Positions 37,765-46,803 are shown, counted from the first letter of the stretch. The stretch: DNA of 49,051 bases from Gemmatimonadaceae bacterium (GCA_014379205.1 JACMME010000147.1:1-49051), one strand, 5' to 3'. Notes: generated by a model from the sequence alone, not told the origin. Numbers and translations: made by a program.

Positions 37765-38775
37765 TCACGTGTGCCCGGGTGCGCCGCAAGAATTTCGTAT
37801 CACCAGCGTCGTACCAAGTACATCCTGCCGCCGTACATAGCGGTCTTTTTCCCCCACCGCGCGCAACAGCTTTCCCATGGCCTTCTCTCCCAGCTCGGCT
37901 ATGGGTACGTGCACCGATGAAAGTGCGGGGCTCACATGCCTCGCAATGGGGATGTCATCGAAGCCAGCCACAGCTATTTCGCCGGGGACATCCACCCACG
38001 CGTCACGAAGAGCGCTTATGGCGCCAATCGCCATTGCATCGTTGGCGGCGAAAATTGCCGTAGGACGCGGGCGCAATTTCAGCAGTCTGCGGGCAGCAGC
38101 GTGACCCGAGTCCTCCGTGAAATCGCCCGTCAGCTCCCAGCGCGCAGTATGGGTCAAACCTTGAGCCCGGAGAGCCGCCCGATAACCCCGGAGCCGCTCA
38201 CGCGCGTCGAGGTTTCGCTCCGCACCCGTGATGATCGCGATTCGGGTGTGGCCATGCGACACCAGATGGCGCACCATACTCTGTGCACCACCCACGTTGT
38301 CGATGTTGATGGAGTCGTAGACCCCGTCACTCACTGCGCAGTTGAGGAGAACCACGGGGAGGCTCTCCGGAATGTTCGCGATCATGGCAGCCGCATCGAT
38401 ATCGGGCGACATGATGACCAGGCCGTCAACGCGCCCGCGCATGGCCAGTATCGCCGCGACTATCTCATCCCGGTCATCGTGAGAGCCGGAGACGAGCATG
38501 TGGTATCCGCTTCGCTTCGCGGCGATATCAATGCCTCGGAGCACTTCTGAAAAAAACTCGCCGTACAAATCCGGAAGGAGAACCCCCAACGTGCTGGTGC
38601 GGCGGTTGATCAGTGACTGCGCTCCACCATGCGGCACATAGCGAAGAGAGCCGGCGGCTTCACGGACGCGCCTCTTCGTCTCGCCGTTCACGGGTCCGCT
38701 GTCATTCAGAACGCGTGATACAGTCGCGACGGAAACACCTGCTGCGCGCGCGACTTCCCTGATCGTGACCTTCAC
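37765..38775 (-). CDS. LacI-family transcriptional regulator.
   Basis: The N-terminal HTH (MKVTIREVARAAGVSVATVSRVLN) is followed by a periplasmic-binding-protein-like sugar-binding domain. Confidence 0.85.
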   Translation of the reverse strand: MKVTIREVARAAGVSVATVSRVLNDSGPVNGETKRRVREAAGSLRYVPHGGAQSLINRRTSTLGVLLPDLYGEFFSEVLRGIDIAAKRSGYHMLVSGSHDDRDEIVAAILAMRGRVDGLVIMSPDIDAAAMIANIPESLPVVLLNCAVSDGVYDSINIDNVGGAQSMVRHLVSHGHTRIAIITGAERNLDARERLRGYRAALRAQGLTHTARWELTGDFTEDSGHAAARRLLKLRPRPTAIFAANDAMAIGAISALRDAWVDVPGEIAVAGFDDIPIARHVSPALSSVHVPIAELGEKAMGKLLRAVGEKDRYVRRQDVLGTTLVIRNSCGAPGHT

Positions 38776-38812
38776 TCCAAATCACCTCGTGGGGAGCTGG
38801 ACCGGCCAACGC

Positions 38813-38826
38813 TGTAAACGTTTACA
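38813..38826. promoter_or_regulatory. Perfect 14-bp LacI-family operator palindrome, TGTAAACGTTTACA.
   Basis: The palindrome is exact and matches the LacI/GalR-family consensus core AAACGTTT. It lies about 40 bp upstream of the lacI-family start codon. Confidence 0.7.
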
Positions 38827-38830
38827 TGAC

Positions 38831-38840
38831 TAAACGTTTA
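38831..38840. promoter_or_regulatory. Second LacI-type half-operator, TAAACGTTTA (perfect 10-bp palindrome), with its centre 16 bp from the first.
   Basis: The sequence gacTAAACGTTTAaat sits directly adjacent to the first operator. Confidence 0.5.
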
Positions 38841-39017
38841 AATTGGGGTTACCAGCTTGTCAAGACAGCGCAACGAGTATCAAGGACGAGAAGGGCGCAC
38901 TCGCGTGCTCTCCGCACTACCTGTACTTGGAAATTCGAAGTGAGCGCGAAAGTGTTCTCACTGGCTAGGAGGGTTACGTCTCCTTATCCTGAAGGCATCC
39001 AGATTCCGGAGGTTCGC

Positions 39018-39470
39018 ATGTGCCTGTCCCGTCAGAAAGCTCTCCTCCTTGCTGCTGCTTTCACAATGGCCTGCCACGAGTCGACCGGGCCGCCGCAAAC
39101 GGTTTCGGGCCTGTATGTTCTGAGAAGCGTCAACGGTCGGCCGGTACCTGCGTTTCTCAATGCCGGGCTAAGTGATACGACCTTCATCCTTTGGGCTACA
39201 CTGAGGCTCGATAGCGCCGGGAATGCGTTCAGGGCCGAACGCTGGCGCTACGTGTACCAGCCGAACCGCACCGACGAGGGTACCTTCACCATCCAAAGTG
39301 AGTACCGGATCATTGGTAAGAACATCACCGTCGGATCTTTCAAACTTTGTGCGCCAAATGAGCTTTGCGAAGGCAATAAGGTCGGTAAGCTCACCAATAC
39401 AACCTTGACCCTTGCTTACGAGAGTCCAAACGCACCAGTCTATCTCTATCGTCGCGCGCAAACCTATTGA
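39018..39470 (+). CDS. Small lipoprotein of unknown function.
   Basis: The internal ATG has a GGAGG SD 5 nt upstream. The signal peptide ends with a lipobox-like TMAC. The longer ORF from 38826 would overlap the operators and lacks a signal peptide. Confidence 0.4.
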   Translation: MCLSRQKALLLAAAFTMACHESTGPPQTVSGLYVLRSVNGRPVPAFLNAGLSDTTFILWATLRLDSAGNAFRAERWRYVYQPNRTDEGTFTIQSEYRIIGKNITVGSFKLCAPNELCEGNKVGKLTNTTLTLAYESPNAPVYLYRRAQTY

Positions 39471-39638
39471 GGTGAAGAGACTTCGGCACTGACGCGGGCC
39501 GCGCCCGAGCCGTCGACGACCGTACCGGCGCCAATGACAAGGTCGTACGGTGGCCGCGGCGTCCCGGTGGGCTGTGCTTCGATCCGAGCGGCGGCGAAAA
39601 CTGAACTAAGAACCGCGGCGTCGACTTCCATCACGCCA

Positions 39639-42600
39639 CTAGCGCTTCGTGTCTCTAACGCCGACCGCTTCGCCAGGGCCTCCGCTCACCCTCTCCACAC
39701 GCAGCACCTGCTTCATTGTCTCGCCAGCCACCGTGATGGTGACGAGATACTCGCCAGGCGCAGCCAAAGGCGGACCGCCGCCACCAAAGAAGTTGGTGTT
39801 GCGCAAAGCGCCGCTCTGGCGGAGGATCCGCAATACGTCGGCGACCGCCTCCGGATCCGGAGCTCCCGCAGCCGCCTGCTGCCGTGGCGGCGCAGACTCG
39901 CCCGGCCGCTCGATGAACTCGCCTGGCGCCCCTCGCCGCGCGCCACGCTGGAATAGCGAGCTGACATCGCCGCTGCCTAGAGAATTTCGAACAGCCTGGA
40001 TGGTAGCGGCCGACGTGCCCGCCTTGGCCAGCGAATCCAGCACTGATTCCGTCTTCCGCGCAGCGACGATGCTGTCCCTTTTCGCGGCCGGGCCCAGAGG
40101 TGACGGCGGAGCCGGCTTGCCACGAAGGTCCCATACCGCCTTGTGAAGTCCGGGTCCGCCCAGACCCGCGAGAGTCTTGACGGTGTCGCCACGCACGTCG
40201 GTAATAACGATCCGCGCCGCCAGCCGGTTCGCGCGCACTCCCCCGCGCGCGCCATTTCCTCGACTGGTATCGGCTGCTGCAGCGCTCGACGAAGGCGTTG
40301 CAAGGGTAGAATCTACGGGAGCGCCGTTCGTTTTCGCGGAATCCCCACTGGTTGTCTGCGCCAGCATCGGTGGCGACCGCGTGACACGGTAGTACAACTC
40401 GGCACCGTACGGTGGCGAGTCTGCGGTAAACAGCTTGTGGCCCGGCGACTCGCCCCCCACTGGCGACTCACCGTACTGGTACGCCACCCGGGGGGCGAAC
40501 AGATGCGCAACCTTGCGCACCACGCTGTCAGTCAGCTGCTCGAGCGGCAGAATATCCACAATCCAGATGCTCCGGCCGTGCGTCGCCGCGATCAGCTCGT
40601 GATCACGCGGGTGAATTTGAAGATCATGCACCGGCACTGTCGGCAGACCGGTCATGAACCTGCTCCAGTGCGCTCCGCGATCTCGTGACACGTACACCCC
40701 GACGTCAGTTCCTACGAAGAGGAGGTCGCGGTTATGCGGATCTTCGCGAATGACGTGCACGAAGTCGGGTCCGCCGGTGGGAAGATTGTTCACGATAGAC
40801 CGGAACGTCCTACCGAAATCGGTGCTCACGTAGATATACGGGGCGAAGTCGTTCACCCTGTGGTTGTCGAAAGCGACGTAGACGGTGCCCGTATCGAAGC
40901 GAGACACCTCGATGCGACGGACATAGCTATTCTCCGGGAGACCAGGAAATCGCCGCGAAACATCCTCCCAGGATCCGCCGTCGTTTCTCGTAATCCAGAC
41001 ATTGCCGTCGTCCGTTCCTGCGTACAGCAGACCCGGGCGCAACTGCGACTCGGCGAGGGCGACGATCGTCCCGTACGTCTCGGCGCCAGTCGCGTCGAGG
41101 GTGATGCCGCCGGTCTTCCGCATGCTGGTGTCGATCTTTGGCCAGAGCTTCCTGGAGAGATCCGGAGAAATCAAACGCAGGTCATCGCCACGCTTCGTGC
41201 TCTTGAGCACGCGGTTAGCGGCCGCGTAAAAGACGTGCGGGTTGTGCGCGGAAATCAGAAAGGGAGTGTTCCAATTCCAGCGAAGGTCCAGGTCAGCGGA
41301 ATCGGCGCGTTGCTGCCGGCGTAGCGCAGCAACGCTTCGCGTTACAGCCGGTGGAACCGGGCGCGAAGTGTCGCCGCGGGTAACCAGGATGGAATCCTCG
41401 ACCTGCATGTACCGCGGACGCCACGCCGGTTTCACGAGTGGCTGGCGCACACCGGTTGCGAAGTCGAAGCGCGCGATATTGCCACCCTGGCTTTCCCCAT
41501 AGATGATGTTCGGCTCCATCGGGTCCTGCGCCGTGAAGAAGCCATCGCCGCCATTGAAGGTGAACCACATGGCGTTTGTAATGTCGCCCTGCTTGCGCCT
41601 GCTGGGGCCGCACCAGCTACCGTTGTCCTGCAAGCCGCCGCACACACGATACGGCACCGCGAAGTCATAGCTGGCTTCGTAGAACTGGCCCAGCGGAACG
41701 GAGTTCATGAAGTCGTAGTTCCCACCACCGTCCCACGACTGCGCTACACCACCATCGTTGCCCACGATATGGTGCTCCGGGTCATTCGGATCGATCCACA
41801 TGGCGTGGTGATCGACGTGAAGTCCCACCGTTGCCTGTCGAACGGTCTTCCCACCGTCCTCGGAGAAGTTCACGGGAGTGGAAGACCACCAGACCTTGTC
41901 CGGTTTGCGCGGGTGGACGCGCACCTGGGAGTAATAGAACGGGCGGACGTTCTGGTCGGCCATCTTCGTCCAGGTCTTGCCGGCGTCACTGGAGCGGTAC
42001 AGGCCGTTGAGGAGCTTTTGCGGTTTCTTTCCGCGAACAGAATCCGCCTCCACGAGCGCATACACCACGCTCGGATCGCTCGGCGCCACTGCCAGCCCTA
42101 TTCTTCCCTTCATGGTTTCGGGGAAGCCCCCGCCCTCGATTCTGATCCACGTTTTGCCGGCGTCGACAGTCTTCCAGAGCGCACTGCCGGGTCCGCCGCT
42201 CCGGAGGAAGTATGGACCGCGCACTCGCTCCCAACTCGACGCGTAGAGGATATCCGGGTTTGAAGGGTCCATCGCGAGGTCCACGAATCCGGCCTTGTCA
42301 CTAATGAACTTCACGAGCGTCCAGGTCGACCCGCCGTCGGTCGTTTTGTAGAGTCCCCGTTCAGGGTTGGAACCCCAGATCTGGCCGAGTGCGGCGACGT
42401 ATGCAGTATTGGGATCTCGTGGATGAACCAGGATGCGCCCAATGGCCCCGGACTTCTCGAGCCCCATGAGCTTCCACGTCTTGCCGCCGTCAGTCGACTT
42501 GAACACGCCGCAGCCAGGCGAGATGGAGTTGCGCGAATCTTCCTCGCCAGTTCCTGCATAGAGAACATTCGTATCGCTTGGTGCGATGGCGAGGTCTCCC

Positions 42601-42884
42601 ATGGAGATGCAGCGCTCGTTCTGAAAAACCGGACGGAAGGTGGTTCCTGCGTTGGTGGTCTTCCAGATACCGCCCGCTGCGGCGGCGAAGTAGAACGTTC
42701 TGGATGGACTCGGGATGCCTTCCACGTCTGAGACCCGGCCAGACATATTTGCCGGGCCTACGGGTCGCCATCTCAGCGCCGCAAGGGTGGCCGAATCCAG
42801 GCTGGCAGGCGACTGCGCCGCGGAATGGACGGTTGCCAAGGATGCGGCACCGAGCGCAAGAGCGAGGGAGCGGATGGTATGCAT
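39639..42884 (-). CDS. Secreted BNR/Asp-box repeat beta-propeller protein. It is sortilin/VPS10-like with a GH74-like two-propeller architecture, plus a long low-complexity C-terminal region.
   Basis: A signal peptide (SLALALGAASLATVHSAAQ) is followed by many S/T-x-D-x-G-x-T-W type repeats (TTNAGTTF, STDGGKTWK, TTDGGSTWT, SSDAGKTWT, TRNDGGSWE, SRDRGAHWS). Confidence 0.6.
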   Translation of the reverse strand: MHTIRSLALALGAASLATVHSAAQSPASLDSATLAALRWRPVGPANMSGRVSDVEGIPSPSRTFYFAAAAGGIWKTTNAGTTFRPVFQNERCISMGDLAIAPSDTNVLYAGTGEEDSRNSISPGCGVFKSTDGGKTWKLMGLEKSGAIGRILVHPRDPNTAYVAALGQIWGSNPERGLYKTTDGGSTWTLVKFISDKAGFVDLAMDPSNPDILYASSWERVRGPYFLRSGGPGSALWKTVDAGKTWIRIEGGGFPETMKGRIGLAVAPSDPSVVYALVEADSVRGKKPQKLLNGLYRSSDAGKTWTKMADQNVRPFYYSQVRVHPRKPDKVWWSSTPVNFSEDGGKTVRQATVGLHVDHHAMWIDPNDPEHHIVGNDGGVAQSWDGGGNYDFMNSVPLGQFYEASYDFAVPYRVCGGLQDNGSWCGPSRRKQGDITNAMWFTFNGGDGFFTAQDPMEPNIIYGESQGGNIARFDFATGVRQPLVKPAWRPRYMQVEDSILVTRGDTSRPVPPAVTRSVAALRRQQRADSADLDLRWNWNTPFLISAHNPHVFYAAANRVLKSTKRGDDLRLISPDLSRKLWPKIDTSMRKTGGITLDATGAETYGTIVALAESQLRPGLLYAGTDDGNVWITRNDGGSWEDVSRRFPGLPENSYVRRIEVSRFDTGTVYVAFDNHRVNDFAPYIYVSTDFGRTFRSIVNNLPTGGPDFVHVIREDPHNRDLLFVGTDVGVYVSRDRGAHWSRFMTGLPTVPVHDLQIHPRDHELIAATHGRSIWIVDILPLEQLTDSVVRKVAHLFAPRVAYQYGESPVGGESPGHKLFTADSPPYGAELYYRVTRSPPMLAQTTSGDSAKTNGAPVDSTLATPSSSAAAADTSRGNGARGGVRANRLAARIVITDVRGDTVKTLAGLGGPGLHKAVWDLRGKPAPPSPLGPAAKRDSIVAARKTESVLDSLAKAGTSAATIQAVRNSLGSGDVSSLFQRGARRGAPGEFIERPGESAPPRQQAAAGAPDPEAVADVLRILRQSGALRNTNFFGGGGPPLAAPGEYLVTITVAGETMKQVLRVERVSGGPGEAVGVRDTKR

Positions 42885-42998
42885 GAGGTTGAGGGCTGCG
42901 TTAGGTAGGGGGGCGGCAACCGTCATACGTAGCGGAGGGGACAAGCGTTGGAACCACTTTGAGCTGAATGGATTTGCTGCCGCGAAGGCCTGCATGTT

Positions 42999-43015
42999 CT
43001 TCTGTAGACTACAGA
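42999..43015. promoter_or_regulatory. Perfect 8+1+8 palindrome, TTCTGTAG A CTACAGAA, about 115 bp upstream of the BNR protein gene.
   Basis: The inverted repeat is exact. It is a candidate operator in the promoter region. Confidence 0.35.
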
Positions 43016-43078
43016 AATTCAGCGTACTGATAAGCGCCCTACACGATTTTCGCGATGCATCGCCGAGAAAGGGGTGCT

Positions 43079-43140
43079 TTCAACGACTCTGACCCCTTGA
43101 AAGCTCGGACTTTCAACGACTCTGACCCCTTGAAAGCTAA
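43079..43140 (+). repeat. Two identical 29-nt direct repeats (ctttcaacgactctgaccccttgaaagct), each a 7-bp-stem hairpin.
   Basis: The copies are exact and separated by 4 nt. Confidence 0.6.
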
Positions 43141-43176
43141 GGGGCATCGCTGCGAGAGCGATGCCCCTTTTTTCAG
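43141..43176 (+). terminator. Strong Rho-independent terminator on the plus strand.
   Basis: An 11-bp GC-rich stem (aggggcatcgc / gcgatgcccct) with a 7-nt loop is followed by TTTTTT. There is no annotated plus-strand gene upstream of it. Confidence 0.65.
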
Positions 43177-43199
43177 CAAAGCGTTTGTGGCAGTTGTCT

Positions 43200-43886
43200 T
43201 TAGTCCAGCACTCTGAAGCGCTTGCCGTTCTTGTAGAACTCGATCCGGTCAGCCCGGCCATCGCGATTTCGGTCAACCCATACCTGGATCACTTTCCCGC
43301 CGCGATTCAACCAGGTGACACGCTCCGGTCTGCCGTTGTCATCGGAGTCGATCATCTCGACCCGGAGATTTCGCTCTCCGACCCACCGGCGAACTTCTTC
43401 CACGCGCTGGCCACGCTGATAGAAGATGGCGGAGCGCATTTCTGGCAGTCGCTCAGGATAACGTGAGCGATCCCACTGGCCATTCCTGTCGCGATCGCGG
43501 TCGTCATCGTCGTCGTCATCCCAGTCTCGATCCCGGTTCCGGCAGTCAGGATGATTGCGGCGACTGTTCTCGCGGCACCACTGATCCCGATCCACTTTCG
43601 TCCAACCCCCCGCTTGCGAAGATCCGCTCGTTTGCGATGAGGGGAACTGTACCTGAGACCCGTAGATGATGTGAGTGTTCTCGCGGGCCGCGCGTTCAGC
43701 AGCTTCACAACTCGTGGGTTTGGGCTGCAATCCCGGAGCTATGCCGTCGATCCATATGCGGCACTGCCCGGCGGGTGGCCTGTATTCAGCAGGTATGTTC
43801 TCGCCACGGTCACGCCGCTGTGCTTCCGCCGGGTTGGCGAAGGCGGCGGCTGCAGCGAGGCTCACAATGACAGCAAAGCGGTTCAT
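43200..43886 (-). CDS. Secreted protein with tandem EF-hand-like DxDxDG calcium-binding loops and an Asp-rich tract (paralogue A).
   Basis: The signal peptide ends in ANPAEA. A conserved Cys pair is present (CRIWIDG...C). The loops are DSDDNGRPERV and DRNRDGRADRIE, and the Asp-rich tract reads DWDDDDDDDRDRDR. Confidence 0.45.
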   Translation of the reverse strand: MNRFAVIVSLAAAAAFANPAEAQRRDRGENIPAEYRPPAGQCRIWIDGIAPGLQPKPTSCEAAERAARENTHIIYGSQVQFPSSQTSGSSQAGGWTKVDRDQWCRENSRRNHPDCRNRDRDWDDDDDDDRDRDRNGQWDRSRYPERLPEMRSAIFYQRGQRVEEVRRWVGERNLRVEMIDSDDNGRPERVTWLNRGGKVIQVWVDRNRDGRADRIEFYKNGKRFRVLD

Positions 43887-43987
43887 ACAGTCAATCCTGG
43901 TTGGTGACGCCCCATGAAGTGCACGGGAAGTGCCAATCCACCCAGCAACATGACTCGCAGTTATGTCAATGTGAAGGAAGGAGTTGC

Positions 43988-44008
43988 GTCATAGTGACGC
44001 AACTCACT
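43988..44008. promoter_or_regulatory. Perfect 9-bp-stem hairpin (gttgcgtca tag tgacgcaac) between the two paralogues.
   Basis: The inverted repeat is exact. It lies about 60 nt after the paralogue B stop and about 100 nt upstream of paralogue A. Confidence 0.4.
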
Positions 44009-44069
44009 CACCTTGAAGTGTCATTTGCCGAGGACGATATCGCCCCCAGCGGTGACCCCTTTTGCTCGA

Positions 44070-44732
44070 TTATTCGATGACGCGCACTCGCCTTCCACTT
44101 TCGTAAAACTCCACGCGATCGGCTCGTCCGTCGCGATTCTGGTCGCTCCAGATTTGAATGACTTCTTCGCGTCTGTTGCGCCAGATAACGCGCTCCGGTC
44201 TGCCGTTGTTGTCTGCGTCAATCGTACGAACGAGCAGATAACGATCGCCCAGCCAGCGTCTCACCTGGTCTGGCCGCTCCCCGCGACGGTACTGAACGGC
44301 TGTCACCATATCCGGGAGCCTCTTGGGATAACGATCCCAGGTAATGCGATCGAGGCGGCCTTCAGCGGTTTCGTCGATCCTGTCTCCGGAGACGTTCGGA
44401 TTGGACGCATTCTGCCGGTTGCAGTCTACGCGCCGGCCGTCGTTACCATAGCACCAGGGCGTTGGCTCTCTCAGTGGTGGAATAGTCACACCAGTTCCGT
44501 AAATGATGCGTCCATTCTCTCCCACCACGCGCTCGGCGTTCGCACAATCGGTGGGTGAGGGCTGGAGGCCCGGAGCCAGTCCGTTAATCCAGATTCGGCA
44601 CATGCCCGCAGGAGGCAGGTGCTCAGCTGAAATATCGGTGCCGCGGTCGCGCCGCTGGGCGTCGGCTGCGGTCGCAAACGCCGCTAGAGCACTGAGGCCA
44701 AAAAGGGCGGACGAGAGTTGAAAGCGTCGCAT
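44070..44732 (-). CDS. Secreted EF-hand-like DxDxDG protein (paralogue B of the gene at 43200-43886).
   Basis: I place the start at the internal ATG (MRRFQLSSALFGLSALAAFATAADAQ). It is collinear with paralogue A and shares the motifs QRRDRG, PPAGxCRIWIxGxAPGLQPxPTxC, DADNNGRPERV and DQNRDGRADRVE. Confidence 0.45.
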   Translation of the reverse strand: MRRFQLSSALFGLSALAAFATAADAQRRDRGTDISAEHLPPAGMCRIWINGLAPGLQPSPTDCANAERVVGENGRIIYGTGVTIPPLREPTPWCYGNDGRRVDCNRQNASNPNVSGDRIDETAEGRLDRITWDRYPKRLPDMVTAVQYRRGERPDQVRRWLGDRYLLVRTIDADNNGRPERVIWRNRREEVIQIWSDQNRDGRADRVEFYESGRRVRVIE

Positions 44733-45082
44733 CTTGGTTTCCCGGGTTGGTCGACTTAAACAGCTAGAGCATCTCCGGTGCCATAACTGCAGACCTACCG
44801 AAAGGGCACTGCTTGACCTTCCCAGGTCCGAGTGCGTAGCCGAAAGTGGAGCGGCGAAGCGATCTTTTTGGCGTTCCTGGTGCGCTGCGTGCCTTTCAAT
44901 GCGCCACCAGACCAATGACGGCAACATCTTAGCGATTGGAATTCTCGTCAGGTGCGTTGCGCTCACTACGGCGCACACACTACACACTGCAGCGTGGTTG
45001 ACGGCGAGGATTCGTCTCGGCAGTATCTGTATTCCCCCTTCCGGTCACAGCAGACAGCTCACAGCCATCCAGCATCCCAACA

Positions 45083-46798
45083 ATGACATTCCTTCGCTCG
45101 AGCGCCATCCTTTTGACTGGCTTGGCCGCATGTACCAGCAACCCCTCGCCAGGCAGCAGCCCCAGCCCGGACAGCGACACTTACGACATCGTCATATCCA
45201 ACGGCAAGGTCGTGGATGGCACCGGCAGCGCCTGGTTTCACGGTGATGTTGGCATCCGGGGAGACCGCGTGGGACGCATCGCTCCAGCCGGTCTTCTGGC
45301 AAATGCGAGAGCGGCGCGTCGCATCGATGCGCGCGGAATGATCGTCGCTCCCGGCTTCATCGACATCCAGAGCCACTCTCGTGATTCCTTCCTGACTGGC
45401 GACGGACGAGTGGTGAGCAAGGTGACACAGGGCATTACCACGGAAATAATGGGCGAAGGCTGGAGCAACGCCCCAGCGAACGAACAGACGGCGGCGGCAG
45501 CTGGCAGCGTGGATCCGGAGTCGGCGCGCCTCGACGCCAGCTTCCGTGGCCCGAACGGTTTCGACGCCTGGCTTCGTGCAATGCAGCAGCACGGCGTGTC
45601 CGCAAACGTCGGTTCGTTTGTGGGGCACACCACCGTGCGGATGTACGCGAAAGGCATGTCTCAGGGAGCCGCGACACCGGCCGAGCTGGATACCATGCGG
45701 ACGGTGCTGCGCGACGCAATGCGCGCCGGGGCCTTTGGTCTCGCGAGCGCCCTCATATATCCGCCAGGAAACTTCGCGTCCACCGACGAGATCGTGGAAG
45801 TATCGAAAGCGATGGCGCCTTATGGTGGCGTCTATATCACACACATGCGCTCAGAGGCTGATCAGTATCTCGAGGCAATCGACGAAGCGATCGCAATTGG
45901 ACAGCGCGCTGGCGTCCCGGTAGAGATCTATCACCTCAAGGCGGCCGGGAAACGCAACTGGGGGAAGGCTGCATCCGCGGTCGCCAAGATTGACTCAGCG
46001 CGGGCGGCCGGGCAGGATGTGAGCGCCGACATGTACGCATATGTCGCGGGAGGAACGGGGCTGGCAGCGTGCTTCCCGCCGTGGGCTTCAGCGGACGGAA
46101 AGCTGCTGGAGAATCTCAAGGATCCCGCGATGCTCTCGAAGATCAGGGCGGAGGTACTCGTCGACCGCGCGTCGTGGGAGAATCTCTGCCAGCTCGCGAC
46201 GCCGGAAGGTGTAATGGTGGTCGGCTTCACCGACGCGGCGAACAAGGGCCTCGAAGGAAAGCGGCTTTCCGAGATCGCCACGGCTCGCGGCAAGGAATGG
46301 GTGGACGTCCTCATCGATCTGACCATGGAAGAGCAGGCAAGGCTTGGGATGCTCATTTTCATGATGTCTGAGGAGAACGTCGCAATGCAGATGCGGCAGC
46401 CGTGGATGAAGTTCGGCACCGACGCGGGTGGCTTCGATCCCGATAGCGCAAAGGAGCTCACTCATCCGCGAGCGTATGGCAATTTTCCGCGGATCCTCGG
46501 GAAGTACGTACGGGATGAGAAGGTGATGCCGCTCGAGGAGGCGATCAGAAAAATGTCCTCCGCGGTTGCCACCCGACTCTCGATCCATGACCGCGGCGTT
46601 TTAAAGTCCGGCATGTACGCGGACATTGTCGTATTTGACCCAGCAACGATTGCCGACAGGGCCACATACGAGAAGCCGCATCAGCTCTCGACCGGGATGC
46701 GATACGTGTTTGTGAACGGCGTGGCCGTCGTGAGCGACTCCAGGCATACAGGAGCCAAGCCCGGCCGCGTAGTCAGGGGACCGGGCTGGAAGCGCTAG
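45083..46798 (+). CDS. Lipoprotein N-acyl-D-amino-acid deacylase (D-aminoacylase, amidohydrolase-3 family).
   Basis: The lipobox is LAAC. The N-terminus (YDIVISNGKVVDGTG...GDVGIRGDRV...APGFIDIQSHS) is typical of D-aminoacylase-type amidohydrolases, and the length fits. Confidence 0.65.
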   Translation: MTFLRSSAILLTGLAACTSNPSPGSSPSPDSDTYDIVISNGKVVDGTGSAWFHGDVGIRGDRVGRIAPAGLLANARAARRIDARGMIVAPGFIDIQSHSRDSFLTGDGRVVSKVTQGITTEIMGEGWSNAPANEQTAAAAGSVDPESARLDASFRGPNGFDAWLRAMQQHGVSANVGSFVGHTTVRMYAKGMSQGAATPAELDTMRTVLRDAMRAGAFGLASALIYPPGNFASTDEIVEVSKAMAPYGGVYITHMRSEADQYLEAIDEAIAIGQRAGVPVEIYHLKAAGKRNWGKAASAVAKIDSARAAGQDVSADMYAYVAGGTGLAACFPPWASADGKLLENLKDPAMLSKIRAEVLVDRASWENLCQLATPEGVMVVGFTDAANKGLEGKRLSEIATARGKEWVDVLIDLTMEEQARLGMLIFMMSEENVAMQMRQPWMKFGTDAGGFDPDSAKELTHPRAYGNFPRILGKYVRDEKVMPLEEAIRKMSSAVATRLSIHDRGVLKSGMYADIVVFDPATIADRATYEKPHQLSTGMRYVFVNGVAVVSDSRHTGAKPGRVVRGPGWKR

Positions 46799-46803
46799 TT
46801 TGG

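Noticed and set aside
38826-39017. Longer start (ATG at 38826) for the small lipoprotein.
   Set aside because: It would begin inside the LacI operator pair, adds a non-signal, Arg-rich 64-aa leader, and lacks an SD. The internal ATG at 39018 has a GGAGG SD and is followed by a signal peptide.
42715-43092. Plus-strand ORF (125 aa) that would give the orphan terminator at 43141-43176 a protein gene.
   Set aside because: It lies mostly antisense to the N-terminus of the BNR protein gene, with no SD and no domain. The terminator is better explained by a small RNA.
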